A stretch of DNA of 63,834 bases, filler included, from Octopus bimaculoides (Eukaryota), in the NCBI RefSeq assembly GCF_001194135.2. It is 5 parts of 5 records of this genome, joined end to end, with 100 filler letters (N's around TTAATTAATTAA, not from the genome) between each part and the next. Parts side by side here need not be neighbours in the genome. Positions count along the whole stretch, not along the records: positions 38,807 to 54,895 come from NC_069000.1; positions 54,996 to 62,579 come from NW_026337776.1; positions 62,680 to 63,834 come from NC_068993.1; 2 more parts are not named here. One strand, given 5' to 3'. Every line of letters begins with the position of its first letter. The stretch's first letter is position 1. A program made the translations under genes and the position numbers. Below are positions 49,990-63,806 of this stretch, piece after piece. The notes below the pieces were generated by a model. It was not told where the DNA came from, did no database searches, and saw nothing but the letters and a program-made list of their open reading frames with translations.

Positions 49990-52165
49990 NNNNNNNNNNN
50001 NNNNNNNNNNNNNNNNNNNNNNNNNNNNNNNNNNNNNNNNNNNNNNNNNNNNNNNNNNNNNNNNNNNNNNNNNNNNNNNNNNNNNNNNNNNNNNNNNNNN
50101 NNNNNNNNNNNNNNNNNNNNNNNNNNNNNNNNNNNNNNNNNNNNNNNNNNNNNNNNNNNNNNNNNNNNNNNNNNNNNNNNNNNNNNNNNNNNNNNNNNNN
50201 NNNNNNNNNNNNNNNNNNNNNNNNNNNNNNNNNNNNNNNNNNNNNNNNNNNNNNNNNNNNNNNNNNNNNNNNNNNNNNNNNNNNNNNNNNNNNNNNNNNN
50301 NNNNNNNNNNNNNNNNNNNNNNNNNNNNNNNNNNNNNNNNNNNNNNNNNNNNNNNNNNNNNNNNNNNNNNNNNNNNNNNNNNNNNNNNNNNNNNNNNNNN
50401 NNNNNNNNNNNNNNNNNNNNNNNNNNNNNNNNNNNNNNNNNNNNNNNNNNNNNNNNNNNNNNNNNNNNNNNNNNNNNNNNNNNNNNNNNNNNNNNNNNNN
50501 NNNNNNNNNNNNNNNNNNNNNNNNNNNNNNNNNNNNNNNNNNNNNNNNNNNNNNNNNNNNNNNNNNNNNNNNNNNNNNNNNNNNNNNNNNNNNNNNNNNN
50601 NNNNNNNNNNNNNNNNNNNNNNNNNNNNNNNNNNNNNNNNNNNNNNNNNNNNNNNNNNNNNNNNNNNNNNNNNNNNNNNNNNNNNNNNNNNNNNNNNNNN
50701 NNNNNNNNNNNNNNNNNNNNNNNNNNNNNNNNNNNNNNNNNNNNNNNNNNNNNNNNNNNNNNNNNNNNNNNNNNNNNNNNNNNNNNCTGAGTACCTAATT
50801 TTTTTCTATAACATAATTCCTGTATAACCTTCCAATATATCATTATATATCATATAAAGAGACGGCATCGCAAGGTGAAATCAAAAAATCTGAAAATCCT
50901 ACACGATTAGGTGAAAAGCGCTTAAAATGATTTATAAAACATGATGTGACATATTAATAAAAATCTGTAAATGTACAACCATCCAGATATCTGAGTACCT
51001 AATTTTTTTCTATAACATAATTCCTGTATAACCTTCCAATATATCATTATATATATGTATGTATACGCATGTTTGGTTTATGTAAATTTAAATAAGTGCT
51101 GGAGCGCTACAATTTGTACACTGAAGTCAGAAGATCGTACTTCGAAGGAGTTCAGAAATTTGTACTTTTTTTTAAATGAATAAATACTTGTCCGAAAATA
51201 GTCTCAAAACTTCTGAAATGCGTCTTGTGTACATATTCTTTTATTCTTTTACTTGTTTCAATCATTTGTCTACAGCCATGCTGGAGCAGCGCTTTGAAGG
51301 GATTTTAGTCGAACAAATCGATCCCAGGACTTATTTTTAAAGCCTAGTACTTATTCTATCGTCTCTATTGCCGAACCGCTAAGTTACGAGGGGTGTAAAC
51401 AATCCAACACCAATTGTCAAGCGGTGAGATTCAATACAGTTTCTAGTTTCCAGATATCCAATACCACTCATAAGTTATAGGGCGAATCGAGGTTACCAAA
51501 AATGACATTCACTCAAAGTGCTACGACTTGGGATCGAGCCACAAGATGCAAAGTGAACTTCTGTACCATTCGGCTATGCTCTTTCCCTCCCTCCTTCTCT
51601 CCCTTCCCTCCTCTCTCTCTCCACCTCTCTGCCTCACACACATACACACAAATGATCGTGTTCCACTATTCGATGCGGTTGCACAGTGAAGCTGGTGTAA
51701 TTAAAATTTTTATAACAACAATTAAGTTGAAGAAATAGCTTGCACCGATTTAGAACTTTGCTCGGCGGTCCTCAATTATAATCGCATTCTTCAAACAACG
51801 CACACACTCGCCAATGTAATGACTATGCCTATGTGAGTGTTGTTGTGCGTGTCATGTGTGTGTATGTGTGTGTGTATGTGTGTGTGTATGTGTGTGTGTT
51901 CAGTATGTGTGTTTTCTATTGTATGTTTATGTGCAGTTCTTCAATCTAGATCCGTGCGGCTTTTTGTTTTTAGTTTATATTAGCTGTTAAACTACGCGAT
52001 ATGGGTAGGGGCACAGAGGCCACACGGTAACACGTAAGGGGCCCCGTACCATTTATTTGTGTATGGCGTCCGGTCAGGCCTTCATTTCCTCCTGTCAGAT
52101 TTTCTTGTTCAACATTTTTTTATATCTAAGTGCACACTGCTTGTATCAATCAATCAGTAAACTTC

Positions 52166-52226
<61 letters not shown>

Positions 52227-53829
52227 GCACAGGTGAATATATGTGTGTGTTTGTCTATATATATATATGCACATATCCATATAGATTGGTCCATAACACA
52301 TATATGTACATATACACACATAGACACATATATGTTATGTATATATGTATATATACAACCCATACCAGCATGGACAACGGACGTTAAATGATGCCGATGA
52401 TTCATATATGTATATTTAGAATTNNNNNNNNNNNNNNNNNNNNNNNNNNNNNNNNNNNNNNNNNNNNNNNNNNNNNNNNNNNNNNNNNNNNNNNNNNNNN
52501 NNNNNNNNNNNNNNNNNNNNNNNNNNNNNNNNNNNNNNNNNNNNNNNNNNNNNNNNNNNNNNNNNNNNNNNNNNNNNNNNNNNNNNNNNNNNNNNNNNNN
52601 NNNNNNNNNNNNNNNNNNNNNNNNNNNNNNNNNNNNNNNNNNNNNNNNNNNNNNNNNNNNNNNNNNNNNNNNNNNNNNNNNNNNNNNNNNNNNNNNNNNN
52701 NNNNNNNNNNNNNNNNNNNNNNNNNNNNNNNNNNNNNNNNNNNNNNNNNNNNNNNNNNNNNNNNNNNNNNNNNNNNNNNNNNNNNNNNNNNNNNNNNNNN
52801 NNNNNNNNNNNNNNNNNNNNNNNNNNNNNNNNNNNNNNNNNNNNNNNNNNNNNNNNNNNNNNNNNNNNNNNNNNNNNNNNNNNNNNNNNNNNNNNNNNNN
52901 NNNNNNNNNNNNNNNNNNNNNNNNNNNNNNNNNNNNNNNNNNNNNNNNNNNNNNNNNNNNNNNNNNNNNNNNNNNNNNNNNNNNNNNNNNNNNNNNNNNN
53001 NNNNNNNNNNNNNNNNNNNNNNTATATATATATATATATATGCCGAACTGCTAAGTTACGGGGGTGTTAATACACCAGCATCGGTTGTCTAGCGATGGTG
53101 GCGGAGGGGACAAACACAGACACACAAACAGTCAAATGGCTGAAACAGGCAAAAGAATAAAATAAAAGGCTAATATACATACGCATGTATATATTACACA
53201 CACACACACACGGAATTAACACTCACTCACATATAACTGTATAAGCGTAATTATATACATATACACTCTATTTTGAATCCACCATAAACGCAAATACATT
53301 TAAGCACTGTATTATATCTACCCCTCTACGTTAATAACTACACAACTACTTCCTGCGAATCCCTATACCGCTCTATACCCAACCCTTACATCTAATCCGC
53401 ATTCATACTCACATGCGCTTGCATATATACACACACACCTTTCTACATCCACTTACCTTTGGCGTGATTGCTCTCTTGTTAAAAGACAACTTGATATCAA
53501 AGAAAGCACACCTTCCCAACATGTGAGTTTGACGCCTTTGTATATGCGTGGACATACACTGCGTTACATATGCATATACATACGTGCTCGTTTCTCCACC
53601 AACGCTCTGCCTCGCCTCCCACCAACGCACTTCCTTGTTCCCCACCAACGTTTCCCCTGCGATAAATGCCGCCCTCTCCCCTGTCTCCTGGCTCTTCTAT
53701 GCCACCCTTGGTCTGAACAGCCACCTCAGGCACCCGGCACCCTTCGTAACCATCAAGCCGAAGAGACTCAATTACTACTCAGATACGAGTTAACGCCGCC
53801 GACACACACACATACATATATATATATAT

Positions 53830-54221
53830 CTTTTACTTGTGTCAGTTATTTGACTGCCGCCATGGTGGAGCACCGCCTTTAGTCGAGCAAATCGACCCCG
53901 GGACTTATTCTTTGTAAGCCTAGTACTTATTCTATCGGTCTCTTCTGTCGAACCGCTAGATGATGGAGACATAGACACACCAGCATCGGTTGTCAAGCAA
54001 TGAGAGGGGGGACAAACACAGACACACAAACATACACACACATATATATACATATATACGACGGAAGTCTTTCAGTTTCCGTCTACCAAATCCATTCACA
54101 AGGCTTTGGTTGGCCCGAGGCTATAGTAGAAGACACTTGCCCAAGGTGCCACGCAGTGGGACTGAACCCGGAAACATGTGGTTCGTAAGCAAGCTACTTA
54201 CTACACAGCCACTCCTGCGCC
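53830..54221 (-). mobile_element. SINE B, full length
   Basis: Complete reverse copy from ggcgcaggagtggctgtgt to acaagtaaaag. Further partial copies at about 7640-7835, 38415-38660, 41950-42112, 45760-45860, 51240-51430, 53040-53165 and 54255-54515. Confidence 0.9.
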
Positions 54222-54564
54222 TATATATGTAGATGCATGGTTATGCGTTATATCAAAAGAAGCTTGCCTTCCAACCACGCGGTTCTGGGTTCAGTCCCAC
54301 TGCGTGGCACCTTTGGCATTTGTTTTCTACTATAGCCTCCGGCCTACCAAATATTTGTAAGTGCATTTGGTAAACGGAAATGGAAACTGAAACGAAAACT
54401 GAAAGAGTGACTGTGTGGTAAGAAACTTGCTTCCCAAGTGTCTTCTACTATAGCCTCGGGCCGAACAAAGCCTTGTGAGTGGATTTGGTCGACCGAAACT
54501 GAAAGAAGCCCAATATCTTTAATCAATACACGGTGATCGCGTATAAGCTTTAAGCTTATAAAAT

Positions 54565-54604
<40 letters not shown>

Positions 54605-55070
54605 AACAAATATATATACACAAAAATACATATATAAACGATATCTAAATCTATATATACATAAGGTTCCGAGGTACAGCCTTGAGTCTCGTGGTATATT
54701 CAGCTGGGCTCTTGTGATCGTACATGCAACTGGAATTTTAATCCGTTTGTACTTCGGTATGTGTGTATATATTACTCTAATCCTGTTTTGTACACGGTGG
54801 CTATTTCTCTGATCCGAACTTGGTGCTTTACTATTTAGGTACCTGATCCACTTGAACTCATATATGTATAATATATATATATATATATATATATANNNNN
54901 NNNNNNNNNNNNNNNNNNNNNNNNNNNNNNNNNNNNNNNTTAATTAATTAANNNNNNNNNNNNNNNNNNNNNNNNNNNNNNNNNNNNNNNNNNNNTATGT
55001 ATGTATGTATGAATTATGTATGTGTATATACCTTTGTATATATGTTTATATGCCTATGTATGTTTGTATG

Positions 55071-56293
55071 TACACAGACATGCAGGAAGTAAATATATCG
55101 TTAATTTTCAATTTTTTAAATATTTAATCCGCTAAGCGAACAATTGAAATGTAATCGATAGGTAGGACTACATACTTTAGTATTTAGTTGACATTTCCTT
55201 TGCAATTTTTAATTCAGAATCTGTTTTTGGCATTGAACTGATGAGCTTTGTGATTGTCTCTTGTGGAATTTCTGCCCACTTTTCACGCAACAATCGAAAC
55301 AATTCATCTTTAGATTTAGGTTTCTGTCGAGTCTTTTCATATAGCTCTATCTAGTATGCTCCAAATATTTTCAGTTGGGTTCATGTCAGGAGATTGGCTC
55401 GGCCAAGGAAGCTTTTTGATCCCATTTTCAGTCAGCCATTGTTGATTCCTTTTCGCTGTGTGGCATGGAGCCCCATCTTCCATGAATAAAAACTCATTTT
55501 TCGTTNNNNNNNNNNNNNNNNNNNNNNNNNNNNNNNNNNNNNNNNNNNNNNNNNNNNNNNNNNNNNNNNNNNNNNNNNNNNNNNNNNNNNNNNNNNNNNN
55601 NNNNNNNNNNNNNNNNNNNNNNNNNNNNNNNNNNNNNNNNNNNNNNNNNNNNNNNNNNNNNNNNNNNNNNNNNNNNNNNNNNNNNNNNNNNNNNNNNNNN
55701 NNNNNNNNNNNNNNNNNNNNNNNNNNNNNNNNNNNNNNNNNNNNNNNNNNNNNNNNNNNNNNNNNNNNNNNNNNNNNNNNNNNNNNNNNNNNNNNNNNNN
55801 NNNNNNNNNNNNNNNNNNNNNNNNNNNNNNNNNNNNNNNNNNNNNNNNNNNNNNNNNNNNNNNNNNNNNNNNNNNNNNNNNNNNNNNNNNNNNNNNNNNN
55901 NCTAACTTCTAGCTGTTTTTCAATGCCAGAAGCCTTCGAACAGGGTTCGTTTTCCACAATTCTCTTCAAACAGCGAAGCTTCCTTTCCGAGGGCCTGGGT
56001 CGGCCGGGATGAGAATCTGTTGATTCTTTACCATGGCTTTTGAATTGCACTATAATTCTATTAACAGTAGCAAGAGGAATTTGAAGATTTTTGGCAATTT
56101 TTCGCTGGTTAAGACCAGCCTCAGATTGCCCAATAATATGACCTCTTTGAAAATCTGACAGTTCTGCTGAATTGTTTGTGCTTGGCATGGTTACTCTTCG
56201 CAAATGTTTAATATAATGGCACCTGGAATGAAAAAGAATAATTACATTGTAAATTCTACACCGCTGTCTATTTACTTTCTGCATGTCTGTGTA
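55071..56293 (-). mobile_element. Tc1-family DNA transposon, transposase frameshifted and partly in a gap
   Basis: 25-nt inverted ends tacacagacatgcagRaagtaaata including TA. ORF from ATG 56188 has an HTH region, then FMEDGAPCH...WPSQSPDMNPTENIW. TGA at 55337, C-terminus (...KWAEIPQETITKLISSMP...TKY*) in another frame. Confidence 0.92.
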
Positions 56294-56945
56294 TATATGT
56301 ATGTGTAAATACGTATGTTTGTACATGTGTATATACGTATGTATGCTTGTATGTATGTGTATATATGTATATGTAAATACGTATGTTTATACATGTGTAT
56401 GTACGTATGTATACTTGTATGTATGCGTATATACATCTCAAGGCTCCTATAACAAACTTTGTTTACATATATCGAAATTTGAATTTCACATACAGCACTT
56501 GACCGGGTAATCACAGAAATGTGAGTTCGGGTCTCATGGCTGGCCGCTGACAGATTATTCTCCAATATAAGGATACTCTGTCATATACATGCTATTAACC
56601 ATTATTCCGCGTTTGGAAATAAATTATTTCTATATTTGTATACACACACACATATTTGTATACACACACACATACACACACACACGCACACACACACACA
56701 TATATATATGTGTGTGTATGTCTGTTTGTAAATATAGGTATGTATGTGTATATAGGAATGAACGCATGTGTATGTATGGATGTATGTATTTATGTATGTA
56801 TGTGGATATACATATGTATGTGTATATATTTATGAATATATATATGTGTATATACGTATGTGTGTATATATGTATGTGTAAATACGTGTGTATGCATGCG
56901 TATATAGATATGTATATATGTGTATATACATATATATATTATTTT
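56294..56945. repeat. Degenerate (TA/TG/CA) simple-repeat tract
   Basis: Mixed dinucleotide and tetranucleotide repeats. Confidence 0.9.
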
Positions 56946-58254
56946 ATTTAAAAGAGTTCCAACTCTGTCTGTTTTTTATGAAAATTTATGTGGGATATAG
57001 AATATGGAATATATAATATATAATATAAAAAAAGATGGATGGTACAATGAAATGAAGTATTGAATGTCTTATTGAATATATGCTTATTTACAACCGGAAT
57101 GAAATTGAGAGAAAATGCAAAGAAAAGGACTTTATTAAGAAATTCAAACCTACTCTTAACAAACAATGATTAAATTTATCCTACTTGGGGTTTTAAAATC
57201 TTATCCCTATAACTAAAACACAAAAAATCTCTCAAATGTCATCATTTCTAAAAATAACCAAACACCTNNNNNNNNNNNNNNNNNNNNNNNNNNNNNNNNN
57301 NNNNNNNNNNNNNNNNNNNNNNNNNNNNNNNNNNNNNNNNNNNNNNNNNNNNNNNNNNNNNNNNNNNNNNNNNNNNNNNNNNNNNNNNNNNNNNNNNNNN
57401 NNNNNNNNNNNNNNNNNNNNNNNNNNNNNNNNNNNNNNNNNNNNNNNNNNNNNNNNNNNNNNNNNNNNNNNNNNNNNNNNNNNNNNNNNNNNNNNNNNNN
57501 NNNNNNNNNNNNNNNNNNNNNNNNNNNNNNNNNNNNNNNNNNNNNNNNNNNNNNNNNNNNNNNNNNNNNNNNNNNNNNNNNNNNNNNNNNNNNNNNNNNN
57601 NNNNNNNNNNNNNNNNNNNNNNNNNNNNNNNNNNNNNNNNNNNNNNNNNNNNNNNNNNNNNNNNNNNNNNNNNNNNNNNNNNNNNNNNNNNNNNNNNNNN
57701 NNNNNNNNNNNNNNNNNNNNNNNNNNNNNNNNNNNNNNNNNNNNNNNNNNNNNNNNNNNNNNNNNNNNNNNNNNNNNNNNNNNNNNNNNNNNNNNNNNNN
57801 NNNNNNNNNNNNNNNNNNNNNNNNNNNNNNNNNNNNNNNNNNNNNNNNNNNNNNNNNNNNNNNNNNNNNNNNNNNNNNNNNNNNNNNNNNNNNNNNNNNN
57901 NNNNNNNNNNNNNNNNNNNNNNNNNNNNNNNNNNNNNNNNNNNNNNNNNNNNNNNNNNNNNNNNNNNNNNNNNNNNNNNNNNNNNNNNNNNNNNNNNNNN
58001 NNNNNNNNNTTCATCTGCACAGGTACTTCCTGTATTCCAAATCGCAGTAAAATCATTCAGTTGGTTGGTTGGCAGAAACCTAAAAATGCACTTGTAATTT
58101 ACTCTAAAATGTCTCAGATTCAGTAAATGGCAAAAAAGGCTTCGGAACCTCAGAGGAACAGGTGTGGCTCGGCAAGTGTTCCAGTGTATTGCAGGCTGGA
58201 CCCGGTCGTCATCGTGCCACTGTGGTCAAACAATCTTCAAGAAAAAGTAAAAAT

Positions 58255-59655
58255 AAACATCCTCTGAATTTTGGTTGTTGGAATGTGCTGTGGAAAATGG
58301 AGTAAAGCAAGGAGACCTTGATGCACCCACCCTCTTTCCAATATACTTTGCTGTTGTGTTCTCACATGCTTTTCAAAACTCTGAGGAAGGTATTTACATA
58401 AAATATAGAACAACAAGGAATGTGTTTAATCTGACAAGACTGAAATTCAAAGCGAAGGTTTTTACTTCACTCCTTAGGGAACTTTTGCACGCTGACGATT
58501 GCCATCTTGTCAATCATTCTGAAACAGGTCTGCAATCTCTTGTATCTGCATTTGAATCAGCTTGTGTTGATTTTGCCTTGACCATCAACTTGAAGAAAAA
58601 AAACAGTTGTAATGCATCAACCTGCATGTGGTGATGTTTGTAATCCCACTAAAAGTTTTGTTGAGAGAAAGTTATTTGAGGTTGTCGATTCGTTCAACTA
58701 CCTTGGAAGCTCTGTTCAAAATGATGGAAATCTTGATACAAAAATACAGCTGCAAATTCAAAGGGCAGCAAAAGCATTTGGTGGCTTGGAGTCACGCGTT
58801 TGGTGCCAGCGGCATATAAAATAAGAATATAAAGCTGGCTCTTTGCAAATCATTTGTCTTACCATCCCTGTTGTATTCCTGTGAAACTTGCACTTGTTAT
58901 GAAAGGCATTTTAAACTGTTAGAACAATTCCACCAAAAATACCTTCATCGCGTTTTAAAAATTAAATGGAGTTCTTTTACTCCAAACACAGATGTCATTG
59001 TTTCTGCAGGCACCACCTCAATTAAAGCTATGATTTTGAGGAACCAATTGAGATGATGTTGCCATATTGTTCGAATGGCAGATGAACGCATGCCGAAACA
59101 GCTGTTTTATGGTGAGCTTGCAGAGGGAAAACGCTATCGGCGTAAACCTTTAAAAATGGTTTAAGGACGGCATAAGGATTATTATGAAGTCACTTGGAAT
59201 GGTTCCAGAAGATATAGAAACCTTTGCTTTGGATCGAGTTGGATGGCGAACAAAGGTGTGGAGTGGAGTAAAAACGTTTCAAGAGGCCAGGATAACGCAA
59301 GTAAGACTCAAAGGAGATCTAAGGAAGAATGTAACGATCGAGAAGGTGAATGAGAATGAACTTTTTGTGTGCACGGTCTGTGACAGACCATGCCTGTCTT
59401 TGGCTGGCCTCAAATCTCATCTGCGAACGCCTGGAAAACGAACCTACACCAACTATTCTAACTATATGTCTGTGCACACCTTTGAATGCAATGTATGCCA
59501 GAAGGTTTGCAAATCAGGGGTGCAATCTATGTGGGTGTCTTTTCAGAACATTGTCTCGTTTAAAAAGCCACATCAGACGTCATGATGGTGCTAAAGTGTA
59601 GGCACAGGAGGTGGTCAAACTCTGTATAAGGAGTAGACAACCACCATCTAAGTGT
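58255..59655 (+). mobile_element. 5'-truncated RTE-clade LINE (RT plus C-terminal C2H2 fingers), frameshifted
   Basis: GVKQGD...APTLF, LHADD, FNYLGS, YSCET, QLR*CCHIVRM...RMPKQLFYGEL, ALDRVGWR motifs typical of RTE/BovB-like RT. Confidence 0.92.
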
Positions 59656-59791
59656 GTATATACAAATGTATGTATGTGTGTATAACGTAAATATGCATGT
59701 GTATGTATTTGTGCATGTGTATGTACATTTGTATGTATGTATATATTTATGCGTATATATATATATATNNNNNNNNNNTATATATTTATGC

Positions 59792-59857
<66 letters not shown>

Positions 59858-60250
59858 ATACGTGTGTATGTTTGTATGTATGTGGATATTCGTATGTATT
59901 TATGACTGTATTTATGTGTATATGTATATGGATGCTTTGTATGTGTATATACGAATGTATTTTTGTATCTATGTATTTATACTTATGTATATATACATAT
60001 GTATGCATGTCTGTATGTGTATATACGTATGTATGTGTAAATACATATGTATGTATGCTTGTATACGTATGTATTTATGTACAGTATGTGTATATACTTT
60101 AGTATGTATGTATATATAATTATGTATGTGTATATAAGTATGTACGTGTATGTTCGTATGTACAAATGTGTATATATACATGTATGTGTATATATATACG
60201 TATGTTTGTATGTATATATACGGATGTATGTGCATATACATATGCATGTG

Positions 60251-60293
<43 letters not shown>

Positions 60294-60410
60294 ATATACG
60301 TATTATGTATTTGTGTATATAAGTATGTATATATGTGTATTTAAGTGTGTATGTTTGTATGTATGTTTTTGTATATGCGTATGTATGCATGTGCATATAC
60401 GTATATATAT
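59655..60410. repeat. Degenerate (TA/TG) simple-repeat tract
   Basis: Source of many spurious YIYVCM-type ORFs. Confidence 0.9.
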
Positions 60411-60894
60411 AATGTCGAATGAACCTCGTTCGGGCTCAACGGCTATCTAGCAATATCACGGGTACGCAGAAATACCGGGATGGTGTTCGGCGTGCTGAAA
60501 GACCTCTGGGAGTGAAGCACACCTCAGCTTCTGTTGAAGCATGTCTCTACGAGGTCACTCTTATATAAAACCAGATATGCAGGGAATGGCATTGGCTATT
60601 TTCGTGATCTTTGGTTTGTGCTAAAGATCATGGTACTACGACATCGCTGAGCCTGCGACTCATATTGACACCAGACATTTTGCTCCGGCTTGTCTCTGGA
60701 TAATGTCAATAAAGTGGTGAGGGTCTATGAGGTGTCGTGCAAACTTTATTGGACCTAAATCTCTGCACAAGCATTTCTGACCTCTGCTCGATATGTGGTG
60801 CTTTTTTTCCCCAATATATATTTATTTTCTTTCAGTATATATGTATCTTTATTTTTAGTATTTATTTCTATAATTATTTATTTTTAGTATATTT

Positions 60895-61590
60895 TTATTC
60901 GGAAGTCCTGCGGTGATGGGAAGGTGGTGAAGGATGCTGATCTGACGGGTTGGAAGCATATAGTCAGCGATTGCACGTAGGTGGCCCATGCTAGATGTAA
61001 ATTTGTCTCCTTGTCGTCCAAGACAGCGGTAGGATTCGGTTGGTGCATGGATATCTGAACAGCACCATTTGGAGAGGACACTGCTCACCCGGAGGCCGGG
61101 GAGGTTCAAGAAAAAGTGAACCAAAATTGCTTGTCTTTCTATATCTGGTAAGTTTAGCGCGACTGGCGGATGTCCACCCTGCACTCGAAAACCAAAGAGA
61201 CTTTTATTTACAAAATCTGGATGGAACTTGAACATTTCATGTTGGAATGTGCGCACAAGAGTGATTGTAGGCCTGAATGACGCACTGCACTTGTTGCTCG
61301 CGAGCTGAACCGCTATATAGCTGTGCTTTCAGAGACTCGTATAGAAGGTGATGGTCAACTTGATGAAGTAAGGAGGTGGGTACACCTTTTTTGGAAGGGG
61401 GGGGGGGGAGAAGTGGGAGCGCAGAGAAGCTGGTGTTGGTTTTGCAGTTCGATTTGATATCGTTAAGAAGTTGGAGGAGCTTCCTGTTCCTATAAATGAA
61501 CGTTTAATGACTCTACGATTGCGCCTGAAAGGTGGGCGGTTTGCTACTCTAATAAGTGCCTATGCACCTACTTTGACTAGAGATCAGTGC
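60895..61590 (+). mobile_element. 5' UTR and AP-endonuclease of an RTE-clade LINE (separate copy)
   Basis: WNVR...RTALVARELNRY...LSETRIEGDGQL...YTFFWKG...AGVGFAV...INERLMTLRLRL...TLISAYAPTL. Lies downstream of the RT fragment, so it is not the same insertion. Confidence 0.85.
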
Positions 61591-62205
61591 AGACAGCCTT
61601 CGAATGCTGTATAGTATCATTAAGGCAGTACCTGCCGAGCAACAGCAGCAAAAATAAATATATAAATGCAGTGCTAAAAAGTGACGGGAGCAACATTGTA
61701 CGAGTTGGTATTGAGTTCCTCAAAAATTACTCTCTTCATGATGATCTCCTATGCAGCCCCAAAACAGCTGGGTTCCCTTACTTCAGAAAAGACCTGGATG
61801 GAAAGCACTCAGCATACAAAAAATAAAAAAGACTATGCATGGGTATGTTGTCCAGAAGCCTGAAGAATACAGTAGAATTGATACGAAGCGCAGCATCTCT
61901 TGTACACAAAACCACTACATCACATTACGCTTTGAAGGCTATGCGTTGGCAATTCAGGGACGGGAGATTGCCACAAAGTACCTGGTGAACAAGAGGGCAG
62001 TGACGTTCTTGTAATGCCAAGGTTCAACCGCATGTGTAGGCTATGTCATGTTTCTGTGGAAGATATCACGCATGTGATTAGCAGCTTCCCTCAAATGTCG
62101 TCACGGTACTATCTCCCTATGCGGCACGATGTTGTCGCTAAAACAATTTACAATACCATCCACAAAAAGGACTGTCCTGAAATAAACTTAGAAAATGATA
62201 CTTAT
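61590..62205 (+). mobile_element. RLE-type LINE fragment (zinc-knuckle region)
   Basis: MHGYV...FEGYALAIQGREIATKYL...CRLCHVSVEDITHVISSFPQMSSRYYLPMRHDVVAK, similar to the 9.3-kb fragment. Confidence 0.75.
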
Positions 62206-62897
62206 ATTTTTAATATATAATAACTCTTCTATTTAATTGAAGTTATTGATATAAAAAAGATTGTTTAAAGTAACCAATAAAAAAGATTGTTTAATGTAAC
62301 TAATAATAAATGTTCTTTATTTATTGTATTTTGGAGAGAGAATTCCGTAATAAATATGAATAGAAGCCGAACAAAAAATTTGTTTACTTAATCTATCGTA
62401 CGGAGAATTCCGTAATATTGAAGATAAATTTAGAGCTACAAACACTATGACATAAAATACCCTATAGATATAGAGTTAGGCTATAATAATGGATATCAAG
62501 ATATTACTAGTTTTTTAGAAGTAACCAGGTTTGAAGTTACTTCAATAAGGATTAATATTTATTCGTATATTATGGAAGGNNNNNNNNNNNNNNNNNNNNN
62601 NNNNNNNNNNNNNNNNNNNNNNNTTAATTAATTAANNNNNNNNNNNNNNNNNNNNNNNNNNNNNNNNNNNNNNNNNNNNATATATATATATATATATACA
62701 TATATATGTATGTATGTGTATATACATATACATATGTAAATAATTATGTAAGTAATATATATAAGTAAATATGTATATGTATGTATATGTATGTCTGTGT
62801 GTGTGTGCTAATATATGTATGTGCTAACGTATAAATCATTAAATTATAAAGCTTACATCTACATATATATTTATACATACATACATACATACATACA

Positions 62898-62929
<32 letters not shown>

Positions 62930-63759
62930 GACATTATAAAAAAAAAGACCGATGTTTCACTGCTTTTGTTTACAGCCAACTCAATGGGATATATACGACA
63001 CCGAAGTCTACCCGACATTTTATACAATGCAAAATCTGTTTTATCTCTAGTATTATATTTCTGTATTACTGTAGGTATTTCTATTTACTTATATTTTATC
63101 ATCGTTTAACACATATTACGTTGATATATATTTCTATTAATGAATATGTCTATAAACAAACAAAATATCACAAGTGTATCTTACTGGAAAAAAGAATATA
63201 ATTGATATACATTTTATATATTTTGATTAATACAAGAATACATATGTACAGGGAGAGGGAGGGAGGGAGAAATGGGAAGAGACAGAGAGAGAGAGAAAAC
63301 AAGCATTTATGTGTATATCGGTCGATGTTTACATGTGTGTGTGCATGTGTGTGTATCTGTGTTTGTATGTGTGGGTGTGCATGTGTGTATGCATATATGT
63401 TTAAGTATTTTCATTCATATGTGTGTGTATGCATGTATGTATATGTATATGTATGTTTATGCATATTAAATTTGTGTGTGTCTGCGTGTGGTGTGTGTGT
63501 GTTTGTGTGTGTATGTGTCGGTTTGTGTCTGTGTAAACACGCATAACGATACATATTAATGCTCACAAAAACAAACACATAATATATTTGTAAACAAGTC
63601 TTACACGTATGTAAAGATGTTTATGTGTTTGTATTAGAGCAGAGTGAAGTGAAATGAAGTGTTTTGTCCGAGAACACAATGTGCCGCCCGGTGAGGGAGT
63701 CGAAACCCCGCGATCTTATGCTCGTGAACGCAACACCCAAAGCACTAGGCTATGCGCCT

Positions 63760-63806
<47 letters not shown>

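Noticed and set aside
59580-60450. Many overlapping YIYVCM/HTHT ORFs
   Set aside because: Dinucleotide repeat translations.
58255-61590. Treating the two RTE pieces as one element
   Set aside because: The RT and 3' end lie upstream of the 5' UTR and endonuclease on the same strand, so they are separate insertions.
62480-62515. CTAGT with a small upstream hairpin, Helitron-like 3' end
   Set aside because: The stem is only about 5 bp and AT-rich, with no matching 5' TC end or Rep/helicase remnant.
63640-63762. tRNA-like sequence (also other SINE heads)
   Set aside because: A/B-box-like head runs into a repeated SINE body and no complete cloverleaf forms.
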